A stretch of 47,822 nucleotides of DNA, taken from the NCBI GenBank assembly GCA_964397315.1, contig CAYNHV010000007.1:1-47822 (forward strand), written 5' to 3'. How positions within the stretch are numbered: the first letter of the stretch is position 1; the number at the start of each line of letters is the position of its first letter. This document shows positions 20,996 through 31,163 of the stretch, piece by piece. This stretch comes from an uncultured Methanosarcinales archaeon. GTDB taxonomy: Archaea; Nanobdellota; Nanobdellia; Woesearchaeales; UBA12501. A program made the position numbers and the translations under genes. The notes under the pieces were generated by a model, which was given only the letters and a program-made list of their open reading frames with translations, was not told the DNA's origin and did no database searches.

Positions 20996-23900
20996 TTTTT
21001 CCTTCCCTTGTTTTCCATCCTTTCTTTTATGTTCCTGAGCTTGTCCCTTATGCCGCTCTCGTCCTTCTTGAGCTCCTCTATTCTGGAGTCAAGCTCTTTT
21101 GTCAGCCTGTAAAAGGGGTCCTGCTTTTCCTGCTCTTTTTTATTAGCTGCTTCTGCTTCAACCTGTTTTTTCCCGGAGGTTTCCTCGCTGGCGCTTTCTT
21201 CCCTCTTTTTAGATTTTTTACCCTCTTTTACGCCCTGTTTCTTCTCAGGCACTCTCAACCCTGCTCTTTTTCTTTTTTCAAGGAATTTTCCCCATGGCTT
21301 TTCCTCTTTCTTTTCCCTTCTCTCTTCTTCTGCCTCGTGCTTCTCTGGCTCTGGTTTCTCTGCTGGTTTGGCTGCCTCTTTTTCCTCCTTGCCCTCTTCC
21401 ATTATCCTCTTCTGCTCTTTTTCTATGTCCTCTACAGACACATTCCCCCCTTTCTTTTTCTTTTTCTCAAGTATGGCCTTTGCTTCAAGCATGGCCAGCT
21501 CTTTCTCCACCTCAGCCCTTCTGGCATTCAGGGCCTCTATCTTTGAGGTGTAGGTCTCCCAGTCTGCTGTCCTGTCCTCAAAATAGCTCTTCTGAACGTC
21601 CTTGATAAGCTTAAGCAGGTAGTCGTTCTCTCTCTTGAGATTGTCCAGCTCGTTGGAAACCCTCAGCAGGCCCACCTTCTTTGACCTAAGGGCAACCCTC
21701 TGGTGCCTGATCTTCTCCAGCCTCTTGTTGTAGCGGTACATCATCTTGTGGAACTCAAGCACTGTCATCCTCTTTTCCTCAAAGCATTCCTTCTGGGCCT
21801 GCTTTATCAGGTCTTTTATCATTATCTCTGACTTGTCAAGGTATTTCATCTTCCTGAGTATGAGGAGGGAGCTGATTCTTGTGTATATCAGGAGCCCTAT
21901 TATCCCTGCTGCAATCAGGCCCGCTATTATCTTGAGATAGTTTCTCATAACAAAGTTCACTATGTTGAACTTTCCTCTTGTCTCTACGAGAAGAGTAAGC
22001 TGGGCTTCCTGGGCCCTCTGCTGGGCTGTCTCGTAATCCTCCCTTGCAAAGGCAACATTGGCAAGGCTGAGGAGGTTCTTTGTCTCTATGACCTTTATGC
22101 CCCTGTATTCCGCGTCCTCAACACCCCCCTCCACTTTTTCTATTATGTCATTGGTGCTGAATGCAAGCTCCTTCATCTCTGAAATTCTCTCAGTTTCCTC
22201 TTCAGCGAGCCTGTACCTTCCTGCATTGTAGTATGAGATGGCTTTTTCGTATATCCTTGATATCTTCCTGGTGCTGAAGCCCGCCTCTTTCATCTCTTCA
22301 ATGAGCTTTCTGCTTTCATTGAGGCTGGAGTCCGCATTCTCCTCGCTTGTCTCGTGTATCACAAGGTTGATTATTCTCTTGTCTGTGAATTCTGTCTTTA
22401 ATGTCTCATTGCTGTCTGTTACCCTCACAATCTCAGCCATGAGATCAACATTGAGGGTGTAATTGCTGTATTTCATGTAAGGCGGCGCTTCTATGTTTAT
22501 GGTGAATGTTCCGCTCTCATTGAATCTCAGTTTCCCTATTCTGAGCGGAGAGACATTGAGGTACTGTGGCAGGTAGCCGTCCACTCTTATTGTTATGTCC
22601 TCAAGAGTGGCATCCTCGTAAGAGTTTGTTATGGTGACAGGGAACTTCCTGACAGTGCCTTTTACTGTGTCTATCCTGTGGGTGGGGCCCTCAACAACCT
22701 TGCCCTTGCTTATTGGAGCGGATACTCCTGCTCCGCCTCCGCCTCCTCCGCCTCCTCCGCCTCCCTCACCCTCACCTGCATCAGCCTTCTCGCAATTTGG
22801 GTCTGTGGCAGAGGTACAGTTTTTTCCGCATACATTGTCTGTTGTGTTGCAGTACACAGTTGCAGTAGATGAAGCATATCCTGTCTTCCCTCCTGCCTCG
22901 CTGCTGTTCACGTAAAGCAGGACGCTTCCTGCTTCCGCTGCCGAGGCATTCAGGGTCACTGTCAGATTGTTGTAGCCTTCTGATGTGGGGCTGAGATTTC
23001 CGAGGTACTGGCTCAAGTTTCCTGATGTGTTGTTCCACCCTGCAGGCAGGGTCCAGTTAAGCCAGGTGTTGGTGGCTGTCTCGTTTCCGAGGTTCCTGAC
23101 TTTTGAGGAGAGTGTGAGGCCTTTCTGGCTCTGGAATGCTGCTGAGGGGTATGTTTCTATTGACGTGTCAAGGTAAGGCCCTCCTGCATATGAGTTTATT
23201 GTTGCGCTTATTTTAGCCGTGGCAGGATCAGCTGCAGTGGGGGTGTGGGTTGCTGTTATTGTGATGTTGAACTTGTCTTCCCTTGTTGTGGACGCGAACG
23301 TTGCATTGACCCTTATGCGTTTCACCCCCTTTGCGCTGACAAGGAAAGGCTCTGAGACATTATACGAGACCCCATAAGGCGAGTTGTCGCTGAGGTCAAA
23401 GCTTATGGCATCGTCTCCTGTATTGTTTATGGTGATATTGCCTATCACGCTGCTTGTTGTTATCAGCCCCTGGGTTGTGCCGAGGTCTGAAGGGCTTCTT
23501 GTCCAGGTGAACTCATGGGCTGATGTGATTGTGCTGTTCCCTGAAATGTTCAGGTTGGCGAAAGATTCATTGGCAATAACCCTTATGGTGTATGTTCCCT
23601 CTATGCCGTCTGTTGTGAAGCTCGCATTGCATGCCCCTGTGGTGGCATTGTAATCCATGCTAATGTTGCTGAATGCGTTCACGCTTCTCTTGTACTGCAG
23701 GATGACGCTGTCTATTGAGTGGGTGTCTGTTACGTCTGCATTGACATTAATATCAGTGTTTGGATCAACCCCTGCTGTGCTGTTCGGGCTTATTGTTATG
23801 CCACTGATGGTGGGGGGTGTCTGATCCAGTATGAAGCTCCTGTTCTGGCTGTGGTTGCTGTTGCCTGCCTCATCCCTGCAGGTTATGTTCCACCAGTAAT

Positions 23901-26900
23901 CATTGTCAGCCAGGCTCTGAAGCTCAAATGCAGCTACTGTGTTGTTCTGTATTGAGGTGTTGCTCTGGTTCAGGGTGTCCCTTATGTAGAGGGAGCAGTT
24001 CATTGTTGATGCGAGATTGTCTGAGACATTAAATTCAAAAGTAATGTCAGGATTGGATGTGTTGAGCAGGTCTGAGGGAGACATGAGCTTCAGGACAGGG
24101 TCTGTGTTGTCCATTATGAAATAGCTGTAAACATGGGTTCCATTGAATGATCCATCAAAGGGTGTGAGCCTTACAGCATAGGTTGTTTTTTCCGCAAGCC
24201 CTGATATGTCCCAAAGGTGGCTTAAACTTGTGTTCGCGTTCAGGAAGCTCCAGGTGGAACCCGAATCATCAGAGTAATGTAAAGTGTAGTTTATAGTGTT
24301 GTGGCTGCTCTGGCCTTCCCATGTTACGTTAAGAGGACTTGAAGCTGAGGGAGAGTGCTGGCTGCTGTTGAGGGGGGTTGTGAAGTTTGCAGCGCCGCAG
24401 TCTTCATCAGGGGCTGTTATGCTTTCCTCGTAGAAGTTGCCCTGGTTGTTGTGGCAGTAGGTATTGCCTGTGCCAGAATCGTCTATGGCTGCATAGTAAA
24501 AATTGTTGAGCCAGATGTTGTTGTTATCTCCGCTTATGACAGCTGAATGGTATAGGGGATTTGTGCTGTTGAGAAATGTGTTTCCTGTAATATTATTATT
24601 GCTCGCTGTAGCTGTGAGGTTAAGTGGCGCGTTGACCTGTACCTCTTCTGAGCTGTGCCTCAAATAAGGTGGGCTGGTGTATCCAGATATTGTGTTTGAG
24701 TCAACGTTTGAGTCCCAGGTGTAATTAGATGATGAGCCGGTGCCGCTGAGAGCTTGATCATGAGCCAAATGACAAGTGCCTCCATAAGCTCCTACAACTT
24801 GAGCGCAAGTATTGCCGTAGGAACTGTCAATGAAAAGGGTTATCTTAGCGTTTGCTCCGCATCCCAACGCAGGACTGTCATCATCCTCATACAGCCACAG
24901 ATCATAGTCATTGCTTCCTGTGGCGTGCGTTATCTCTGTGTCATCAGATGTTACGCTCACTGAATTACTTGCGCTGTCATCGTAGTATTTTACGCAGTCA
25001 TCAAACTGCATGCCGTTATATTCCTGTGGAGATGCTGATGCCAGGAACAGGTCTTCTATTTCTGAGTTGCCAGTCTTGTTGAGGGTGTTGTTTTCTATTG
25101 TGTTACTGGTGCCATCTACTTTTATTCCTGTACTGGCGTTGTATATTGTGTTTGATAATATACTGTTGTAATTGGCGCTGTCAGGAAGTTCTATTCCTAT
25201 GCTTGTGTGTCTGAAAGTATTGTTTTGTATGGTTTGGCTGTCGTAGGATTCTCCTCCTCCCCCTATTCCTTTTCCGCCGTTGCATTGAAAGAGGCTGTTT
25301 TTTATTGTTCCATCTTCAATCCTGTTTGTTGATCCGGCGAATTGTATGCATGTCTTGCTTCCGGATAAGCTTTTTATCTCTAAATCTTCTATAGTTACAT
25401 TATCGGCTGTTGAATAGAGAGTTATTATTTCGTTATTTACTGTGGCGTTGTAGATGAGGAGGTCATATATGTCAGCAGAATTCCGAATCTGGACGGCCCA
25501 GTTCGTGTTTTTGGTGTGGTTGCAGTCTGTATTGTTCACTACTGTGTCCCCACCTCCTATGTCAAGGCATTGCTCTCCTTCTATTGTGTTGTTGATGAGG
25601 GTTACGTTTTTTCCGTCAATATCAAATCCCTTATCTATACCTTTCAACTTACAATTTTTTATTGTGACATTTGGGTGGTTTATGTCTATCCCTATGTCAC
25701 TTCCTGTTGCGTCGCCTGTTAGTCTGGCTCCTTTGCAGTCTAGTGTGATGTCTGAGCCGCCTGTTTGGATGGGTGTACCATTAAAACTGTAATCTGCCTT
25801 TGCCGTTGAGTTGTGGTTGGTTATATTGAACAGGAAATAATTATATGTAACGCCTGCTTCCTCTGCGTGCATCTCGAAAGGCGCTTCAGTAGACTCATCA
25901 TTATCTTTTATAAGGAATCCATTGTTGCTTGTGTTTTTCCAGTAATTGTACCACTCTACAGGTATTGTGACTGTTTTCCTGTCTTCGTTGTTTATGAATA
26001 TTTCAGGGTCCCCTGAGCTCCAGGCGTAATAGTCAGTGCCGGAGAGATTGCATCCTGCCTCCCCTGCCCAGTTTTGGGTGGGTATCCTATCGTTCCATGT
26101 AGCTTCCATCTCTTCCCAGTAGTTACCGCTCTTCAGCCTGTAAAACCTTATGGTGGGCTTATTATCCCATACATTTCTGACTGCGAAAGAGAAACTTATG
26201 CCTGTTATTTCTCCAGAAAAAATGTTATTATGGAGCGTGTCGTTTTCCATCTTGAGTAATGCTCTATGCAAGCCAGCCGCGTTCTTTCCAACAGGCAGAT
26301 AGTTTTGGCTTCCATAATTTGTGTCTGGCGAAGAATTCTTAAGGATAGTATCGTTTATGTCGTAGATTCTTGCGTTGGTTATGTTGGTGTTGTTGCAGTT
26401 TTCTATGGCCCATTCTCCGGAGCTTATGACACACGTATCGGATGTGCCTTCAATCCATTCAAGGCAGGTGGCAAGGCACTCAAAACCCGCTCCTTGCTCT
26501 ACAGTATAATCAGAAAAATGCTCCACGTTAAACTCATAGTGTGTTGGCGTCACTTCAACCCTGTTGTAGGTCTTGTTGCCCTTTTTGTAAGGCTCTGCGG
26601 GCCTGAACTCTGTTTCATTGTCTTCTTTCACGTAAAGCTTCGGCGCGGTGGTTATTCCTTGCAGGGGCTCGTGAGGCACCATTATTGTTGCCTCTTCTAT
26701 CTGCCCCGCATCCACATGCAGCACGCCGTTATTATACCTCACATTCCTGATCTCGCTCCTGCCGGCCCCCCTTACATTAATCCTTACCCCCTCCTTGTCC
26801 ATCACTGTCTGCCTTACCTGCCTGCCGTTCTCTGTTATTGTCTCTTCAACCATGTCCTGCCTGGTGAAGTTCACGCTCCTGTTCATTGCCCTCTCAGGCA

Positions 26901-27768
26901 CAACCCCTCTTGTCCTGTTGAGGTCTACTGAGCTGCCTGTTCCGTTTGCTCCTGTCTGTATGGTTATCTCAATGTCAAACTCAAAAACCTCTGAGTCCGG
27001 GCCTATGTGCAGCCTGAACCTGGGCAGTCTTGTCCTGTTCCTGACAGGTATGGTGAGGTTGATTGTCTCATTTGCTGCTGCGCTCTCTTTTGTAAGATTG
27101 TGTTCAATATCCCCCTCTACCCATACCGGCTGGGTTGCGGTGGAGTTATGGTGGAAGCTTATCACGAAGCTGTCATTTATCCTTCCTATGAAGGTGAAGA
27201 ATGTCTCAAAATCCTCCTCATCCTTTATCTTCTTACCTACATGCTTGTTTTCGCTGTCACTGATGCTTTCGTTGACTTTGGGTTTCTGAACCCCTGCAGC
27301 AGAATCAGATTTTTCTGAATTGTTTGTGGGGGTACTTTTTGCTGCAGGGGTTTCTGAGAGATTGTTATCCTTTTCAGCCTGTTTTTCAGGCTCTTGAGCA
27401 TCCTCAGGCTCCTTCACAATGAAGCTTGTGGAAAGCTCTTTTGTTATGTTCTCCTGTTGTATTACCGCGATGACAGTGTAATTTCCCACCTTTTCAACAG
27501 GAAAATCCTTTGACACAGCCACAAGAGCGCCGTCCCTGAGCACCTCTACTGAATGATTAGAGCTTGCAGGAACCACAAAAACATGGGCCATGTCTCCAAC
27601 ATCATACTCATCACTTCCTGTGAATACTTCTGCTTTCTCAAGCGCTGCGTGGCCTGTTATTGAACCCATATATCCTGAGGTATAGAGGAATCCCAGTATG
27701 CCAAGTGCTGTCAGTATAAACAGTATCTGGCCGAGTGTTGCCTTCCTATTCCCCATGGCTTTTATCAT
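20992..27768 (-). CDS. Giant surface glycoprotein (2258 aa): TM, Ig, HFS module, DNRLRE-like domain, right-handed beta-helix, Ig repeats, C-terminal TM and charged cytoplasmic tail
   Basis: 'DT.LKNSSPDTNYG...RALLK...EATWN' (DNRLRE-like); N..I.NN beta-helix repeats; many N-x-S/T sequons. Confidence 0.85.
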   Translation of the reverse strand: MIKAMGNRKATLGQILFILTALGILGFLYTSGYMGSITGHAALEKAEVFTGSDEYDVGDMAHVFVVPASSNHSVEVLRDGALVAVSKDFPVEKVGNYTVIAVIQQENITKELSTSFIVKEPEDAQEPEKQAEKDNNLSETPAAKSTPTNNSEKSDSAAGVQKPKVNESISDSENKHVGKKIKDEEDFETFFTFIGRINDSFVISFHHNSTATQPVWVEGDIEHNLTKESAAANETINLTIPVRNRTRLPRFRLHIGPDSEVFEFDIEITIQTGANGTGSSVDLNRTRGVVPERAMNRSVNFTRQDMVEETITENGRQVRQTVMDKEGVRINVRGAGRSEIRNVRYNNGVLHVDAGQIEEATIMVPHEPLQGITTAPKLYVKEDNETEFRPAEPYKKGNKTYNRVEVTPTHYEFNVEHFSDYTVEQGAGFECLATCLEWIEGTSDTCVISSGEWAIENCNNTNITNARIYDINDTILKNSSPDTNYGSQNYLPVGKNAAGLHRALLKMENDTLHNNIFSGEITGISFSFAVRNVWDNKPTIRFYRLKSGNYWEEMEATWNDRIPTQNWAGEAGCNLSGTDYYAWSSGDPEIFINNEDRKTVTIPVEWYNYWKNTSNNGFLIKDNDESTEAPFEMHAEEAGVTYNYFLFNITNHNSTAKADYSFNGTPIQTGGSDITLDCKGARLTGDATGSDIGIDINHPNVTIKNCKLKGIDKGFDIDGKNVTLINNTIEGEQCLDIGGGDTVVNNTDCNHTKNTNWAVQIRNSADIYDLLIYNATVNNEIITLYSTADNVTIEDLEIKSLSGSKTCIQFAGSTNRIEDGTIKNSLFQCNGGKGIGGGGESYDSQTIQNNTFRHTSIGIELPDSANYNSILSNTIYNASTGIKVDGTSNTIENNTLNKTGNSEIEDLFLASASPQEYNGMQFDDCVKYYDDSASNSVSVTSDDTEITHATGSNDYDLWLYEDDDSPALGCGANAKITLFIDSSYGNTCAQVVGAYGGTCHLAHDQALSGTGSSSNYTWDSNVDSNTISGYTSPPYLRHSSEEVQVNAPLNLTATASNNNITGNTFLNSTNPLYHSAVISGDNNNIWLNNFYYAAIDDSGTGNTYCHNNQGNFYEESITAPDEDCGAANFTTPLNSSQHSPSASSPLNVTWEGQSSHNTINYTLHYSDDSGSTWSFLNANTSLSHLWDISGLAEKTTYAVRLTPFDGSFNGTHVYSYFIMDNTDPVLKLMSPSDLLNTSNPDITFEFNVSDNLASTMNCSLYIRDTLNQSNTSIQNNTVAAFELQSLADNDYWWNITCRDEAGNSNHSQNRSFILDQTPPTISGITISPNSTAGVDPNTDINVNADVTDTHSIDSVILQYKRSVNAFSNISMDYNATTGACNASFTTDGIEGTYTIRVIANESFANLNISGNSTITSAHEFTWTRSPSDLGTTQGLITTSSVIGNITINNTGDDAISFDLSDNSPYGVSYNVSEPFLVSAKGVKRIRVNATFASTTREDKFNITITATHTPTAADPATAKISATINSYAGGPYLDTSIETYPSAAFQSQKGLTLSSKVRNLGNETATNTWLNWTLPAGWNNTSGNLSQYLGNLSPTSEGYNNLTVTLNASAAEAGSVLLYVNSSEAGGKTGYASSTATVYCNTTDNVCGKNCTSATDPNCEKADAGEGEGGGGGGGGGGGAGVSAPISKGKVVEGPTHRIDTVKGTVRKFPVTITNSYEDATLEDITIRVDGYLPQYLNVSPLRIGKLRFNESGTFTINIEAPPYMKYSNYTLNVDLMAEIVRVTDSNETLKTEFTDKRIINLVIHETSEENADSSLNESRKLIEEMKEAGFSTRKISRIYEKAISYYNAGRYRLAEEETERISEMKELAFSTNDIIEKVEGGVEDAEYRGIKVIETKNLLSLANVAFAREDYETAQQRAQEAQLTLLVETRGKFNIVNFVMRNYLKIIAGLIAAGIIGLLIYTRISSLLILRKMKYLDKSEIMIKDLIKQAQKECFEEKRMTVLEFHKMMYRYNKRLEKIRHQRVALRSKKVGLLRVSNELDNLKRENDYLLKLIKDVQKSYFEDRTADWETYTSKIEALNARRAEVEKELAMLEAKAILEKKKKKGGNVSVEDIEKEQKRIMEEGKEEKEAAKPAEKPEPEKHEAEEERREKKEEKPWGKFLEKRKRAGLRVPEKKQGVKEGKKSKKREESASEETSGKKQVEAEAANKKEQEKQDPFYRLTKELDSRIEELKKDESGIRDKLRNIKERMENKGRKK

Positions 27769-27925
27769 CCTCTTTTTCTGAATCGCTTACTGCAAGTATT
27801 ATAGAATCCTTTGTGTGGTCCTTGAACTCCATGCGAATGCCTTTGCCCCATCCCTTGAACTCAGCAAGCCTTTTGGGTATTGTTATGATGAGCTGGCCGT
27901 TTGGGAGCTTTTGTATTCTTACCAT
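27746..27925 (-). CDS. AbrB/MazE/SpoVT-family DNA-binding protein (59 aa; below the ORF-track cutoff)
   Basis: Manual translation MVRIQKLPNGQLIITIPKRLAEFKGWGKGIRMEF...; GQ.xITIPK..A...GW..G signature; overlaps the start of the adhesin gene. Confidence 0.85.
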   Translation of the reverse strand: MVRIQKLPNGQLIITIPKRLAEFKGWGKGIRMEFKDHTKDSIILAVSDSEKEDDKSHGE

Positions 27926-27936
27926 TGGAGATTATT

Positions 27937-28014
27937 AATATTCAGAAGACTATTCGTTAGAATATTTGAAATACTATTAATTTTATTAATCAAAAACATA
28001 TTTAAAAGACTATT
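27937..28014. promoter_or_regulatory. Three 18-bp repeated operator-like sites upstream of the AbrB gene
   Basis: AATATT-CAGAAG-ACTATT (27937), AATATT-TGAAAT-ACTATT (27961), CATATT-TAAAAG-ACTATT (27997). Confidence 0.6.
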
Positions 28015-28135
28015 TGATACAATATTATTTAAATGTTTCGCTTATTATCCCAGCGTTGCGCAGGCGACAAGCACCCATCTGGTTTTGCCGGCACTTACAG
28101 CAAAATTAATATACCCATGAAACAAGCAAGCCCTT

Positions 28136-29344
28136 ATGGAGCCATGGACAAGAAAATACCAGCCAAAGAACACTGCTGAGGTGACAGGCCAAAAAGAGGC
28201 TGTCAGGAATGTGAGGGAGTTCATAGCAGACTACAGGAACAAGAAAAAGAGAGCAGCAATAATACACGGCCCTGTAGGATGCGGAAAGACAGTCTCAGTA
28301 TACGCAGCTGCCAATGAGCTCGGACTTGAGATAATAGAGGTGAATGCCTCAGACTTCAGGAACAAGGACCAGATAGAGTCAGTAGTCGGCTCAGCCTCGC
28401 AGCAGATGTCGCTCTTCTCAAAAGGCAAGGTCATACTTATAGACGAGATAGACGGGCTCAGCGGAATGCAGGACAGGGGAGGCATCTCAGCTCTTGTTAA
28501 GCTGATAGACAAGACAGCATTCCCCCTGATATGCACTGCATCAGACCCATTTGACAAGAAGTTCTCTGCATTAAGGAAAAAGAGCACAATGATAGAGTTC
28601 AAAGAGCTTGACCACAAGCACATATTTGAATCCCTTAAATCAATATGCGGCAAGGAAAGCATAAAATTCAGGGAGGATGACCTGAAGACACTCTCAAGGA
28701 GGGCTGGCGGAGACTTGAGGGCTGCGGTAAATGACCTTCAGACGCTTGCAGAGGGAAAGAAAGAGCTTGTTAAGGAGGAGATGGACAAGCTGAGCCAGAG
28801 GGAGAGGACAGAAAGCATACTCAATGCAGTGATGAAAGTCCTGAAGACAACAGACCCCTCAATAGCAATAAGCTCATTCAACAACATTGAAGAGGACTTT
28901 GACGAGGTAATGCTCTGGATGGACGAGAACATGCCAAAGGAGTACAACAAGCCAGGTGACCTTGCAAGGGCGTATGATTACATCTCCAAGGCAGACATCA
29001 TGAGAAGGAGGATAAGAAGATGGCAGCACTGGAGGTTTCTTGCTTATGTCAATGCTTACCTTTCAGCGGGCATCGCAGTGTCAAAGGATGAGAAATACAA
29101 AAAGTTCATCAGGTACGGGCCGACAAAAAGGCTGCTAAAGATATGGATGGCAAACAGGAAATACCAGAAGAGAAAGGCAATAGCCGAAAAGGTTGCTGAG
29201 AAAACCCACTCCTCAGCAAAAAGGGCGCTGCACGACACGCTGCCCTACCTGCAGGCCATATTCCAGAAAGACATTGACAGCGGAATGAAACTTGCAGACT
29301 GGCTTGAGCTTGACAGGGAAGAAGCAGAGTGGATGTGCGGGTGA
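28136..29344 (+). CDS. rfcL: Replication factor C large subunit
   Basis: 'PWTRKYQPK', Walker A GPVGCGKT, 'EVNASDFR', 'IDEIDG', 'GDLRAAVNDLQ', 'WMDENMP'. Confidence 0.93.
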   Translation: MEPWTRKYQPKNTAEVTGQKEAVRNVREFIADYRNKKKRAAIIHGPVGCGKTVSVYAAANELGLEIIEVNASDFRNKDQIESVVGSASQQMSLFSKGKVILIDEIDGLSGMQDRGGISALVKLIDKTAFPLICTASDPFDKKFSALRKKSTMIEFKELDHKHIFESLKSICGKESIKFREDDLKTLSRRAGGDLRAAVNDLQTLAEGKKELVKEEMDKLSQRERTESILNAVMKVLKTTDPSIAISSFNNIEEDFDEVMLWMDENMPKEYNKPGDLARAYDYISKADIMRRRIRRWQHWRFLAYVNAYLSAGIAVSKDEKYKKFIRYGPTKRLLKIWMANRKYQKRKAIAEKVAEKTHSSAKRALHDTLPYLQAIFQKDIDSGMKLADWLELDREEAEWMCG

Positions 29345-29394
29345 ATGCGGGGTAAATGCGCGCTACGGTTGTTCTTTAAAATCTTCAGACTCCC

Positions 29395-30333
29395 TTACTT
29401 AATCGTCGTCACAGGCCTGGCCTGCAGTATGTACACCTTGCCAGCCTCTATGGCCCACTCTATGTCCATCGGGATGCCATAGTGCTTCTCAATATCTTTT
29501 GTGAACCTTGTCAGGGCTTTTGCTTCCTTTTCATCCAGCACTTCAATGTGGCCGTGCTCAATGCTTCTCTTCTCTGTCTTTCCCTCCCTGTTCCTGAAGT
29601 AGCCCCACTCAAGTTTCCCTATGCTTTTGTCCTTTATGTCGTGGCTCTCCTTGTGTATTATGTAAGAATGGGGTGTCAATTCACCGGCAACAACCGCTTC
29701 TCCAAGGCCGTAGGCTCCCTCTATTATTATCTCCTCCCTGCTGTTTGTTACCGGGTTGACAGAGAATATCACTCCTGCCTTGTCTGCATTGATCATCCTC
29801 TGAACAACAACAGCAAGATATACCTTCTCATGAGGAAAGTTGTTTCTCTGCCTGTAGTATATTGCCCTTGGAGTGAAGAGAGATGCAAAGCATTTCTTTA
29901 CTGCCTCAAGAACATCACCCTCCCCTTTTATGTTGAGGAATGTGTCCTGCTGGCCCGCGAAGCTCGCATCAGGAAGGTCCTCTGCTGTTGCAGAGCTTCT
30001 CACTGCAACAAAATCCTCTATTCCTTTATAGTTCTGCTTAATGTCTTCAACAAGGTTCTCAGGCATATGCGACTTGAGTATCAGATCCCTTATCTTTCCT
30101 GCAGTGTCATTCAGCTTCTCAGTGTCCTCAACATCAAGCCCGTCAAGAAGCTCTCTTATATTTTCCTTTATTCCCGCTTCTGTTATGAACCTGTCATATG
30201 CCCTTGCTGTAACAACAAATCCCTCTGGCACTGGCAGGCCTATGCTCGCGAGCTCCCCCAGGTTGGCGCCCTTTCCTCCCACGAGAGGAATGTCTTTCTT
30301 TCTTATGTCCCTGAAATGCTTTATGTTAGGCAT
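29395..30333 (-). CDS. Stand-alone PEP synthase/dikinase N-terminal ATP-grasp (nucleotide-binding) subunit
   Basis: 'VGGKGANLGEL', 'AVRSSATAEDLPDASFAGQQDT', 'GLGEAVVAG', 'DIEWA', 'LQARPVTT' followed by a stop; no His or PEP-binding domain. Confidence 0.92.
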   Translation of the reverse strand: MPNIKHFRDIRKKDIPLVGGKGANLGELASIGLPVPEGFVVTARAYDRFITEAGIKENIRELLDGLDVEDTEKLNDTAGKIRDLILKSHMPENLVEDIKQNYKGIEDFVAVRSSATAEDLPDASFAGQQDTFLNIKGEGDVLEAVKKCFASLFTPRAIYYRQRNNFPHEKVYLAVVVQRMINADKAGVIFSVNPVTNSREEIIIEGAYGLGEAVVAGELTPHSYIIHKESHDIKDKSIGKLEWGYFRNREGKTEKRSIEHGHIEVLDEKEAKALTRFTKDIEKHYGIPMDIEWAIEAGKVYILQARPVTTIK

Positions 30334-31163
30334 CAGCTTCCTGCCTCCATTGCAATCTCATACCTGCTTTTGTCTATAAATTTTTCTATTTTAGGCATGT
30401 ATATGACTGCCTTCAGCTTTCTGAGCCTGAGAAGCCCCAGGTCTTCGTAATCCCCTATTATTACCCCCACTTTTTCAGGTTTCATCTCCTTGATGAGCCT
30501 GTCAGCTATTGCCTTCTTGTCCCTGCCGTCCCCCACCCTTATCATGTATCCTGTTATCTTTCCTCTGCTGTCTGTATAGAACATGTTTGAATTCATTGAG
30601 TCTGTGCCCAGGATGCGAGCCATGGGGTCTTCTTTCCCTTTTATGGAGAAGTGCTGGGATATTGCTGCAACGTGCATGCCCGGATTTATCTCCTTTATCC
30701 CTTTGTACAGCAGGCATACTCCCTGGTTCATGTTCTGCTTGAGCAATTCCTTGTCCATTGTGTAATCTTTTTCTGTGATTCCAATTTTCTTCACTGCCTC
30801 AGCCCATCTCTCTATTATTCTCCTGTTGCTCATCCTCCCTCCTAATGAATTCACTGCCTCTCTTGCTGTGTTCATGCAGTAAAGCACCAAACCAGCATAC
30901 GAAAGCCTCAATAGCCTGGCAAAGAGCATTTTGTCAGGCCTGAACCCTGTGACTCCTTTAATCATGGTGCGGATCGCCTTCAGGAATGCCTCTTTTGTCG
31001 TGAGGAACTGTTTTTTTGTTTTTGTGCTGAAAAGCCCTGACACAGTGTCAAGGAAGATCCAGTTTGCCGCTGCGACAGTCCTGTGGTAGATGAAGCAGTC
31101 ATCTATGTCTATTATGAGAAGATCAATTCCTTTTAGCGTGTTCTTGTTAATGGTTTTTTTCAT
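30333..31163 (-). CDS. HAD-superfamily hydrolase-like protein
   Basis: Motif I 'IIDIDDCF', motif II 'AAIS', Lys in 'RDKK', motif IV 'IGDYED'. Confidence 0.65.
   Translation of the reverse strand: MKKTINKNTLKGIDLLIIDIDDCFIYHRTVAAANWIFLDTVSGLFSTKTKKQFLTTKEAFLKAIRTMIKGVTGFRPDKMLFARLLRLSYAGLVLYCMNTAREAVNSLGGRMSNRRIIERWAEAVKKIGITEKDYTMDKELLKQNMNQGVCLLYKGIKEINPGMHVAAISQHFSIKGKEDPMARILGTDSMNSNMFYTDSRGKITGYMIRVGDGRDKKAIADRLIKEMKPEKVGVIIGDYEDLGLLRLRKLKAVIYMPKIEKFIDKSRYEIAMEAGS

Noticed and set aside
22730..22775. (CCTCCG)n microsatellite as a phase-variation switch
   Set aside because: Unit lengths are multiples of three and encode a poly-Gly linker, so slippage would not shift the frame
29395..30333. 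Truncated ppsA pseudogene
   Set aside because: Ends cleanly at the domain boundary (QARPVTT) with intact motifs and no downstream remnant; His-domain partners are nearby
29482..30450. Long antisense ORFs (also 2586..3368, 26266..26931, 31274..32065, 37855..38550)
   Set aside because: Shadows of well-supported opposite-strand genes with no recognisable motifs
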